64,000 nt of DNA, taken from the NCBI GenBank assembly GCA_964035545.1, contig OZ037765.1, positions 6,272,698-6,336,697 of the forward strand. Direction: 5' to 3'. This DNA comes from Bugula neritina (taxonomy: Eukaryota > Animalia > Bryozoa). Of this stretch, positions 7,816 through 18,905 are shown piece by piece. Numbering within the stretch: the stretch's first letter is position 1; each line of letters starts with the position of its first letter. The notes beneath the pieces are model-generated. The model was not told where the DNA came from and did not search any database. It saw only the letters and a list, made by a program, of their open reading frames with translations. A program made the position numbers and the translations under genes.

Positions 7816-10800
7816 ATGGTAAGGCACTAATTCTCACTTTAACTACTTTTACTATTGATATTTCAGTTTGTGTTACTCTATATTGAAATTGAAAACTAAA
7901 CGTAAAACTAAAACATATTATGATCATCTAGATTGTGGTGATTACTAAAAGTGCAACTACTAAATCATAACTAAATGTAATAGTAATACTAATACTAATA
8001 CTAATACTAATAGTATTACTATTACTATTAGTAATAGTAATACTAATAGTAATACTATGGTAATAGTAATACTATGATAATACTAATAGTAATCCTATTA
8101 GTATTACTATTGTTGTTAGTGTTACTATAACTATTAGTAGTACTATAACTATAAGTATAACTCTCTAATTTAAATAATAATATAAGCAAAATAGTATGAT
8201 TTATTAACAGATACTCAATACAATAATTGTAATACTGATACTAATAGTAATAGTAATGAATAATAGTTGAAGTAGTATTAGTATAAGCATAAGTATAACT
8301 CTGTAAGTTTAATATAAGCAAAATGAATCAATAATCAATTTAGTGTTTACTATAATTGAATTATAATTGATAATAATAAATCTCATACGAATAATATTAG
8401 TAATACTAATAGTGTGAATTTAGCACCTATGGCTTACATTTGCTCTGTTTTTAGAGTAAGAAAAAAAATTATTAAAAATCTATTGCTATTACTATTAGTA
8501 TCACTAGGCTATTACTATTAGCCTTAGAATTAGGTTAAAAGTTAAAATGTGATTGGGATATGATATCGACATTTCTTGTTTCTATGAATAAGTATTAATT
8601 AATAAACTGATCAAATATAACTGATTTTATGGGGTGTATTTGTTACTTAATTGAGCCATCCCCAACCATCAACTATGACGTTGTGAAACTGGAAGCTGGA
8701 ATTAGATGTTTGGAAATATTTATCATTTTTGTTCAATTTTTGAAGCTAGATCAAAGTCAGCCATTGAGTCCATTCAAATTAAATTAACTTCTGTCTTTCA
8801 TCAACTTGCAAATGCCAAAGTTGATGCCAAGAACTTGACATATGCACAACTTTTCTGCACTTGAATGTTAGCCTATATATCTTACCAAATTCAGAGTCAT
8901 GTGACATCTCCGAATAGCCACAATATTGCTTAAAGGTCTTTTAGTAAATTAAGAACATGAGATGTACTCAATCTTGAAGAATATAGTTGTAAAAACTGTA
9001 ACAACAGGTGTTACAATCCAAAAAGTGATGATTTTGTTGAAAATAATTAGTTATGGTTTATTTTTTACCAGTCAGTTTATTACATGATTTTGTGTTGTTA
9101 TATTGATAAATATGGTCATTTAAGATAACGTATTCACTTTAATAAGGAACTTCCTTCTTATGCCAAACAATCTTTTTCAACTCTGAGGCTGCTAAACTGT
9201 TCATGTCTCTAATTAGATATTGTGCAAATTGAACCTGAAGTTAGCAGTTTTGATATAATTATGTGCAACTTAAAAATGTTTATTTTAACTCAAAAGTTAT
9301 TGTTACTGGAAACTGATTAAAAATGTGTAAGTAGTATTTTAATATACTCCTTTAAAATTAAGCGTGATCTTAGTTCTACCTGTAAAGCAAAATTACATGT
9401 ATATTATAAATTTTACCCGTGTAATGTTAACCCATTTTAGATATTTGCTTGAAAGTTTACACAAGCTACCTTTGTGGCGTAGACCTTGGATCACAGTCTA
9501 ATGGGATAATCTTATGTTGTATAAATCATAAACCTATAGGGTAAACTGGATGTAAGATTTCTTCAGCTTTTAGTCGTTTGCTCCTTGTTCTTCTCTTTCA
9601 AAACTGTTCTAGTGGTGATGAGCTTAAATTATTATTTGATGTTACTAAATTGCTAGGTAGTTCACTGTCTAACTTGCTTCAAGTTTCAGCTGTGCCTATA
9701 ATCAAGCTACTTTGTACCTATCATTATAACGCTGATTGTTGGACTATCAACAACTAAATGCAATAAAGTTATATAATATACTGCACAGTTGGAGTTGTAA
9801 ATATCTAACACTGTGTTGGACTCTTAGCTTGCTATTTGTTTTAAGTAATAATAGTGGATAGATCTACTGTTTCTACTAGCATTGAGTTAATGTGTGCTCA
9901 GGCCTGGGGCTAAAATGCTATTGAAGAATCACATATGTGCTTCTTGCAAAGTCTTACAAGCAGCAAGAGCCAAAACCAAGCTTTTTAATATTTTCTCTTA
10001 TTAAATGCCATGTTAGTGGCATAACTAATTTTCGCATATTATTTTCCTAATTACTCACATGTTATTAACGATAATATCATCCAGACTTGCATCAAACTAG
10101 CTGAAAGCTTTATATTAATCCCAATTGCAGTGTAATTGTACATAGTAACAATGCTCTTTATCATTCATCTAAAAGATACTATTAACATTGTAGATTAGAA
10201 AATGTAGATAAAGAATTAATAAAACTTATCAACTGTTCAATATTCCTGAACTATTTTTAAAAACTGATTGGAGAGTGTTTACTTAATTATAACTGTTTTA
10301 ACCGAGAAGTTTCTTGTGTTGAATTTCATTTTGTGATAGTGATATTACATGATTCATAAAGTTATACGTATACATTTTCTATCACTGCAATGCTGTAATG
10401 ATTTTGAATTAATATTCCTTTAAATGTTAAAAAAATGCATCATGTATAAAATTTGTGTTGCTGCATCGGCATTTGATGAAGGCTGCAAGCCATTGATAAA
10501 AGGAATATAATTTATGCCATGTTATAAATAAAAACAATTGTACTTATTCAAATTTCAAAATACTATTGTTGGTCACCTAACATACCCAACATTGAGAGAT
10601 TGGCCCTAAATTTCTGGCTATTCATTAATTTGTTTGTTCAATGGTTATTTTTGGTGCCAGTGTTTTCGGAACTATCATGAGCTGAATTTTACCTTCAAAT
10701 GTTTATCTTTTTATCTGTGAGTCAAGTACATATTGGATATTGAAAAAAAACAAAATAGTAAAGGTTATTATATTTTGACACATTAATCCAATCAGAGATT

Positions 10801-13450
10801 TTGCAAATGTATTTCTGTCATAATAGGCATTCTATAAAATCTGTTGAATTAATACATTTTTCTTCTCAGACATTTCATCTTCTTGTAACTACATGTACCT
10901 GTATGTCGCTTGTTAATCTTTTCGCTAACATGGTTGTAATTTACCTTCACTTTAATTATTCTGATGAAAAAGCCAGCAGAGGCTGAAAACTGTAACTAAA
11001 ACTTTAATATAAAAACACTGTATATGCATAAATTTATGGTCTCTACTGTAGCATTTATCTTATCTGTTCCTCCCTTTATATGGCCTATGAGACTTATTTT
11101 TGCTAAAGCGAAGCTCTTCTTGCACTGCACAATATTTGTACAAGTTTCAATGCTGATTTGATTTAGTTAAAATGTTCCTGTTCAACATTATCTCTTGTTA
11201 AAGGCAAAAGTAGAGTAAACATGTCATCACCTGACTAGTTCTTTCTCTTGTGGGCATGCCTGTGAGCTATGCTTAGCCTGTTCTTGTATTCACAATGCTA
11301 ACATGGTACCTACTGAAAACTGTTTTAGAACTGTCGGAAGATCTTTGCCGGACTTGCAGTGCTGGCTGGGGTTACTTATCTCTTCTTAGCATTCCGAAGA
11401 CCATCTCCACTGTTTAAAGTACCCTATAGTAATTACAAAGGTATATACAAGTCACAAGACAACCAGTTTTGACCTAGAATCCTAGGCAATAAATAGGTTA
11501 CATGTTTTACATAGATGAATATGTAACATATTTATTGACATGTTCTACAGCAACTTTGACACTAGTTTATGGCTGCTTGATTTGAGTTGTTTTATACGTT
11601 ATTGCTATTGGCTTGTTTCGATAGTTTCCCAGAAATAAGGTTGTTGCTTTATATGGGAGCTTGAAAGTTCAATGTTTAAACTTTCAAGTCAGCTTAGCTA
11701 TTTAGCTGTGTGTTGCAGCAGCCAAGAATAGCTTGCAGCGAAAGTTAAAAATATTTACTATTAGTTTTAAAAATACCATCTGCAAGCAATCGAAAACTCC
11801 AAATTACTTTAGATTTTAAGACATGTTCACACAGAATTTATTATATACATTATTATATGCTATCTATGTATAATATGATATTATATATATTTGTCAATAC
11901 ACCCATTGTAGTATTTTGTTTAGTATATAGGAGCTGGATCATTCATTTCTCAACCGCAGTCTCTCAGCTTTTAAAATTTATTTATTTTTAACTTGGTTGG
12001 CTTCAAATGCCCTTGCATTGAAATGTCAGTTTGGTTGTTATGTGTAAAATTATGCACAAAGTTTACACTAGATCTAATCTATAGATCAAATGTATTTTCA
12101 GTTTCACCATCAGGGATTAATCAAGTTCTTCACAACTATGCTGGATCCAAGCATCCTATCATTGATAACATATCTAATCCACAGGATTCCATACCCACCT
12201 CCCCCATGTCATACCAAGTTAGTGCTATGCAGGTACCCCAAGGCTTCCATGAACTTCACAATGAGAAGAATGAGTCTCAAGTATTGTCAGCTGTTCTTAG
12301 CAAACCAGCTGTTACCAAACCTCAAAACCCTTGGGGAAATACTTCAGTTATTCACCATGTAGATAATGCTGTTTTAACCAACTCAAAGACCACAAAAAAA
12401 TCTACCAATAATGATGGCGCAGCAAGTAAAAATATCCCAATGAAAAAGGACACTGTTCCAGTCAATAATGTCGTGGTCAATAGTGTAAAGACAAATGAGC
12501 CATCGCCAGCACCAAATTCACCAATATATGAATATAAAAATTTAGAAACTAGATTTATTGAAGCGAGCAAGAGAGTTGCTACTATATCTAAGAAAGCGTT
12601 GAATAATATTGGTTACCCAGGAGTTGCAGTTCATAGGCGGCCATGGCACTTTCCTATCAACGTACCGGATTGCACGGAGGAAGTTGAAAATTTTATTATA
12701 CTTGTACCATCGTCTCCGAAAAACTTCATTGATCGAAATATTGTTCGGTCGACGTGGGGAAACTCTACTGAAATGGCCAAGTTGAAGTCAAAACTAGTGT
12801 TTGTCGTTGGTTTGACTAAAGATAGTTCCATACAGAATCATATTGTAGAGGAGTCACTGAATTTAAAAGACATTGTGCAGCTGGACATGCATGATGCTTA
12901 CTATAATCTAACTATTAAAACTCTAGGCATGCTAGCATGGGTTTCACAACACTGTAAAACTCCCAAATATATAGCTAAAATAGATGATGACAATCTTGTG
13001 CATCTACCAAACATACTGCAGGCATTAGACAAGTATCGTGAAGTTCATAGTACATTTATTGCTGGTAGCTATCGGAAAAATGGAGTGCCTAGTAATGGAG
13101 GAAAGTGGGCTGACCCAATTTACAAGGTGGTATACAAAGTTTCAGCAAGATACCCGGTGTTTCTTGGAGGGCCTGCCTATTTCATGACCAACAACTTTGC
13201 AGGTCGACTTATACAGAAATGTTCGGAGTTGCCTTTCATTCATTTAGAAGATGTGTTTGTCACAGGGATATGTGCCGAACAGCTGAAGGATGTTCACAAA
13301 CTACCTATCAATGGTATGCACATGAACGTTCAAGATCCTTGCATATTTTTGGCACCTCATCAGACAGTGGTACATAACTTTCCTCCAAATGCTATAATAC
13401 CAGCTTGGAACAAGTGGCATAGTGGTGCGTGTAAACGAAAGCAAGGATGA
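7816..13450 (+). CDS. GT31-family beta-1,3-galactosyltransferase-like type II membrane protein
   Basis: Large exon 12102-13450 has RNIVRSTWG, DAYYNLTIKT, KIDDD, YPVFLGGPAY, LEDVFVTG. Exon 11329-11440 encodes a signal anchor (NCRKIFAGLAVLAGVTYLFLAFRR) and joins in phase 1. The start is tentative: ATG 7816-7818 directly followed by GTAAGG (phase 0 fits). Confidence 0.85.
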
Positions 13451-15395
13451 TAGAGCGTGTATTATTAGTGTCTATGTTTTTAATGTCATTTGACTCAAAT
13501 TTTTTGTCTCCTAACGTAAAACTGTATTTTAATCACGGTGCTCAACCAAAATTCTGTTTAGTATATTATTGTGTCTCTTCCTAGCTACCCTAGTCAATGA
13601 TTAGTTAGCTTGTTAGTCTAGCTATCTTATCTAAAGTCATCTGGTGCTTTTTATATCACTATTGGTTAATAGGCTAGTATAAAAATACCTTCCCACAAAC
13701 AAATATTGAAGGATAAGATCCACTTGATGTAAAATGGCACGGCAATTTTTTGACATTTTCATTTCTATGCATACTATAATAATATATTCTTGTTGTGTTG
13801 AAAAATGTCAATTTTCTAAGGCCATTTGCTATTGGTTATAACTTAGAAGTTTTTGCATTTAATAATCTGTTCTGTGTTTGAACTTGCAATAACATTTCTT
13901 TGTTGCAATTGATTAGAATGAGTTATAAATGAGTGCTAGCTCTGGTGCTGAGGAATAATAAACAAAATAAGCAAGGCTTGATTGCTTGTATATATTTAAA
14001 GATAATTGATACTTCTCGATTGCATCTCTTTATACAAAGAATATATTTTCAGCCATTCTTTTTTTGCATTTTGTAAGAAGGTCCACAAGAGTGGTGAACA
14101 TAAATTTAAATTTTACAATTAATCAGTTTCAATTGACAATATAGAGGTTAAACTTTTTTAGAGTGGTCATCATAATGATGTTAATCTCAAAAACCAATCC
14201 ATCAATTTATTGACGTAATTTTTTTCTTTTTGCCTAATCAAAATGAAAATCGATCTGCGTCAACAGCTTTTGGCAGATTTGTAAGATTCAGAAAACATGT
14301 CATTGAATTATGCAAGATAATTTATGTCAACTTTTGACTCCTATATGGTTAAGACAGTGGGTGCATGTCATTACACTTCTCAAGTGTTATGACGTAGACC
14401 TAAAAAAGGCCCATTGCGCCAATGACTGAATGTGTGCACTTTTTTGCTTTTTGCCAGCTTTGCTGTAATAAATGTGTATTATGTAGAAATAGCTTAGGTT
14501 TTTATAGAATTTAACTCTTGTAAACTTATGCATATAATTTAGACACAAAATATATTTCAACCAGAAGTATGATAACATGATAAGATAACAATATTGCAAT
14601 GCATTATCAAATAATTATTTCAGTTATTGTTATTGTTGTGATGATTTTTATTGTAACACAGCCACGCCACTGCAGTTGTTGGTACTTTACCTTTCATGTG
14701 CAAAACCAATGAAGATTGGATTAAGATTTCATATCATATTTTTTCTAATGAATGAGTCACAAAATAATTATATTGGTTATACAAAACATCATATTCAGTT
14801 CAATGTTTAGTTCGATATTAGTAACCATGTTACTGGCCTAGATAATAAACTGGTACAACATAAACATAGAAACTGAAAAAGAAGACGTTTGCAACTTTTG
14901 AAATGCATTATAGATAAGCTTATTTCGCAATACATAATATATACTTTTACTGTCTCTACTAGAGCTGTTGGACCAGAGAGTAGAACTGGAACTCGCCAGA
15001 CTGCTAGAAAATAAAATGCTGTTGCCAAATTTGACACTGTACCTAGATACAACACAACTCAGTTTGGAAATATTGTAAAAGGCTAGCAAAACATATCTTA
15101 GTAGAAACACACTATATAATATATACGTACACCTGAGTTATGATGCCGAAATTATGATAGACCTGCAGTATAGTACAACACGTATGATTTAGTAACAGGT
15201 TTTAAATTACCAAATTTGAACTTTTATTCAAAGAAACAGACAAGATCTAATAAACTGAAGATTTTTGTTTATTGAAAGTGTTGGGCATTATATCTAAAAA
15301 TATAGAACTTATATATTGCACTATTACCTTAAAACTTTTAGATTGTTATCATGCACTACAATATTAGACAGTGAAAATCGATTGTTATGTTATAT

Positions 15396-17466
15396 TGTAA
15401 TAATTTTATGCGTAGAATGTTATGATTCGCTGCATGCAATTATTGGTGTGGGTTGTTAGCTGATTGAACACAGTGACTCTTTGTAGGAGGGTATTTATGC
15501 ACAATAAATAAGAAACGTAATACTCACAATCCCCTTTATTTTACTCCATAATATATATAAATCCAAAAATAGCAGTTAGGGAGGACAACTCCTTACATGT
15601 ATGGAAAACTTACTAGTAAACTGGTAAACAAAGTATAAGATAATTAACTAAGTGTATAATTGTCCTGGCTTGGTAGCTCCGAGATGTGTCCTGTTGTGCT
15701 GCTGGCTGAAGACTGACTCTACTGTGTTGAGGGCCTCCTTTTATACGTTGGGAAACATTCCCACCAGAATGTTCCGAGCGAATTCGAGGGAATTCGCTCG
15801 AACCGCAGGGGATTCGCAGGGCTAGAGTAAAGGGGTCGCTCGAATCGAGCGAACTTCGCAGGGAAATCCCGGTTATCTTGATTATATAAGTGTTCCCGTG
15901 AGTCGTCAGAAACAATAGCTAATCCAGTCACGTTAGTAGTAATAAGTAGCTGGGAATAATAGCTAATCCTATCATTACCAACATAACACTTAGCTGTTAC
16001 AATAGGGGTAACGGGGGGGGGGGGGGGGGGGGGGGGGCACAACGAGCCGAATTTTGCATTTGTTGCTCTCATTCGTCTGTTTTTCAAGTTACTAGTTCAA
16101 TAATCTCTAGTCTTAATGCTACATCTGTTGTCTATTACAGGTACCAGTTTGTTGTTTCTATCTCTTTCACAACTTTCAGAATAATGAAATTTGCCCAGTG
16201 GCCCATTGTGCCCCGGTACCGGGGTACAATGGGCCACTGGGTGGGACACAACAAATATATTGAAATTTTGCGTATTTTGTTATATCTGATCTTTATTTAT
16301 TTAATATTACAAATAAATAAAGATATTCTTTCAGATCTACAGCAAAATTCATGTTTTAGCTGTACAGTTTGTGCCATTACGGATAGCAGAGGAAGGCAAA
16401 ATCAAACGCATGTCACTCGGTTCTGCAGTGCCTTTACCATTACTGTTAAAAACTAAAAATGTTTTGTTATTTTCACTTCAGAGCAACGTTTATTAAAAAA
16501 AAACTTTACTAAAATGTACTACAAAATTCTGAGTGAACTTTTTTCAATGAACTGTATCTAAGGTGCATGCATGGCTGAGGTTTGTGACTGGAGTACGGAA
16601 GAGAGAGGGGGGAGCAAATGAGCAAATCACAATTTATTTCAGTCAAATGCATGTATATTCCCTCAATGGTGTAATATATAATGATTATCATGACTATCTA
16701 CTAGTAGCAACAGCAGAGTGTTTTGTATTATGTATAAAATGGCAAAGCTTTAACCTCCCCAGATGTATGTATTGGGGGAGCTTCAACTTGTAGTTTTGTA
16801 GTCTTACCATGATGTCTTTGATATTTTACAAAAAGGTCAGAAATGGCTATATTTATAGATTTTAGTAACATTTCAACCAACTTTTTGGGCAAACAAACTA
16901 ATAACAGTGATCAGGGTGCAATAATCAGGTGGCCCATTGTACCCCGGTCAGCGTGGCCCATTGTGCCCCGTGTGGCCAAATTGAAAATAAATGTGCCTCA
17001 AAGAAAATTTATTTCAGTGTTTGCTGTTATACTAGTTGAGCATTGTAGAGACAAGCAATGGCAACAATCTTAGTAAAATCTGGGCTTCTTGCCTTTGAGT
17101 GTAAAAAGTTATAAGGCTTCAACGACATCCTAAGAAATTTACAAAAAGTAGGTAAAAACAGTTTTTTACTCGCCTTTTCAACACGTATGTTCCGCAAGTG
17201 TTGAAACTACAAAGGCTGAATAATTATGTCAATATCTTTTTATGAAAATAAAATCACAACTCTAAGTCAATAAGTTCTCTCACAATTTGGCCGGCTTTTT
17301 GTACCCCTATGACCGTTGTGCCCCCCCCCCCCCCCCCCCCCCCCCCGTTACCCCTACTATAGCTATGTAATGATGTATATCTAGGAAAACACGCATTCCA
17401 TGGGAATGAAGTTAATAAAAATAAGGGAAATACAGCCTTAGTTATACTATACACAATTTTACCACA
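15396..17466 (-). mobile_element. Probable solo LTR (~720 bp once the nested element is removed), Gypsy-like, split by a DNA transposon
   Basis: Minus-strand termini TGTGGTAAAATT...AAAATTATTACA, with ATAT on both sides (15392-15395, 17467-17470). Minus-strand TATAAAA (15745-15739) lies 31 nt before a TCAGT initiator (15716-15712); AATAAA at 15540-15535; GC-rich hairpins upstream. Confidence 0.62.
16003..17356. mobile_element. Non-autonomous TIR DNA transposon, TA target (Tc1/mariner/pogo-like by inference)
   Basis: TA-GGGGTAAC-G25-CACAACG at the left end and CGTTGTG-C26-GTTACCCC-TA at the right end; internal repeats of GTGGCCCATTGTRCCCCG; no transposase ORF. Confidence 0.88.
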
Positions 17467-18905
17467 ATATTATGTATCTCAAAGTATTGTGTTTATTCAA
17501 TTAATCTGTGATATTACAGTGTAATTTTGAAAATCTGTTTGCTGCTCTCCGTCATAACTGATCCACCAGGTTGAGCTGTTGGCTTACGTACTTTGAGCTA
17601 GCTGCAATATAAAAACGTCCTGACCAATAATTTTACCTATAGATTCCCATCTCATAATAATAAATCTTGAAATTTTTGCTTTTTAGATGACAAAAAAAGT
17701 TCAAAACTGCATGCATGAAACTAGCACGAAGAGAGATGGTTTTTGAAAGATTTACATACTGAGGTATTAAAATAGGTTCAGAATCTATACAGATATGCAA
17801 CAGTTTTACTGCTTTGTTTCTCAATCATAATTTCTCAACAGATAGTGAGAAACTCAACTGAGAACTAAATATGAATGTTGTGCAAGTATTAACATTGCTG
17901 TCTGTTATTTGTTCATGCAAAAGTTATTCTGATCAGCTTTACCAGTATTGCCTCAGCCCTAAATTATTGTTGTTAGCTATACAGTGTAAACTGTGTAATG
18001 TATTTTCATCGATACAAAGCTTACAAAACAATTTAAGAGGAATAGTTAAATCATTGTATATCATTATAAGTAAGCTTAACATTCTTTTCTCTGATTTGTG
18101 TAGACAACTCACAACTCAACTCACTTGATCTCCATGAGAAAGTTGATAGTAGAACCAAGTACCTATACTAACAATTTCATTCTGGTTTTAACAAACTTAA
18201 AATACAAAAAGAGTCGATGCTTGAATCCGGATAAATTATGTATCAATTATTATACAGTATTCTGTACACATACACATATAATATTATGTATGTTATTTGT
18301 GTAGTGAATTGTCCATTAGTTTTTGCTTCAACCACTGATTGCTAAATAATTTATGCTGGTAGCAGTTAGTAAATGAGATAAACCCTCTGCAATACCAGCA
18401 TGACTCATTTTTAGGCCATTGCGGTTGTGCATCTGAAACTAGTAATTTACTGACCGGGACTTTTTTTTCATAGCTAAGCTGATATTAGTTACTCGACAGC
18501 GGGTCACATTGAACTGGAAAAGACCATAATATTATTTTAAATTCAGTGGTGGCTCACTTTATGACTTTAGGGCGGGGCCTAAGCGAGCCGCATACTTACC
18601 GCCTCGGAAATCAAAGTGCAACATACTATCTTCACGCCCCAAAGTGCATCGAATAAGTAAGTACCCAAATAGCAGAAACTCGTCGCACAGCGTGATACAT
18701 GCCCTTTAACCCTTTGCATCAACATAATTAATCGCGGGATAACCTATACACCTACTACTAGTAATACTTATTCGAATACTACTACTACTAGACATCACTC
18801 ACACTGTACTAATACTAATAGTAATATTAACTTTATATTCAATAACAATCACACATTCTTAGTTGAGGAACTTTTCATCTAACTCTTGAATTGCATACAT
18901 GACAC

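Noticed and set aside
11993-12101. ORF-track N-terminus of the galactosyltransferase
   Set aside because: Non-ATG start; an acceptor at 12101 and an upstream TM exon give a better model.
15383-15988. 9-bp inverted repeat TGTTATGTT/AACATAACA as alternative LTR ends
   Set aside because: No target-site duplication flanks it; 15396-17466 has matching ATAT flanks and Gypsy-like termini.
15719-17454. Poly-Pro and poly-Gly ORFs; possible transposase within the TIR element
   Set aside because: They are translations of the homopolymer TIRs; no DDE or HTH motifs are visible.
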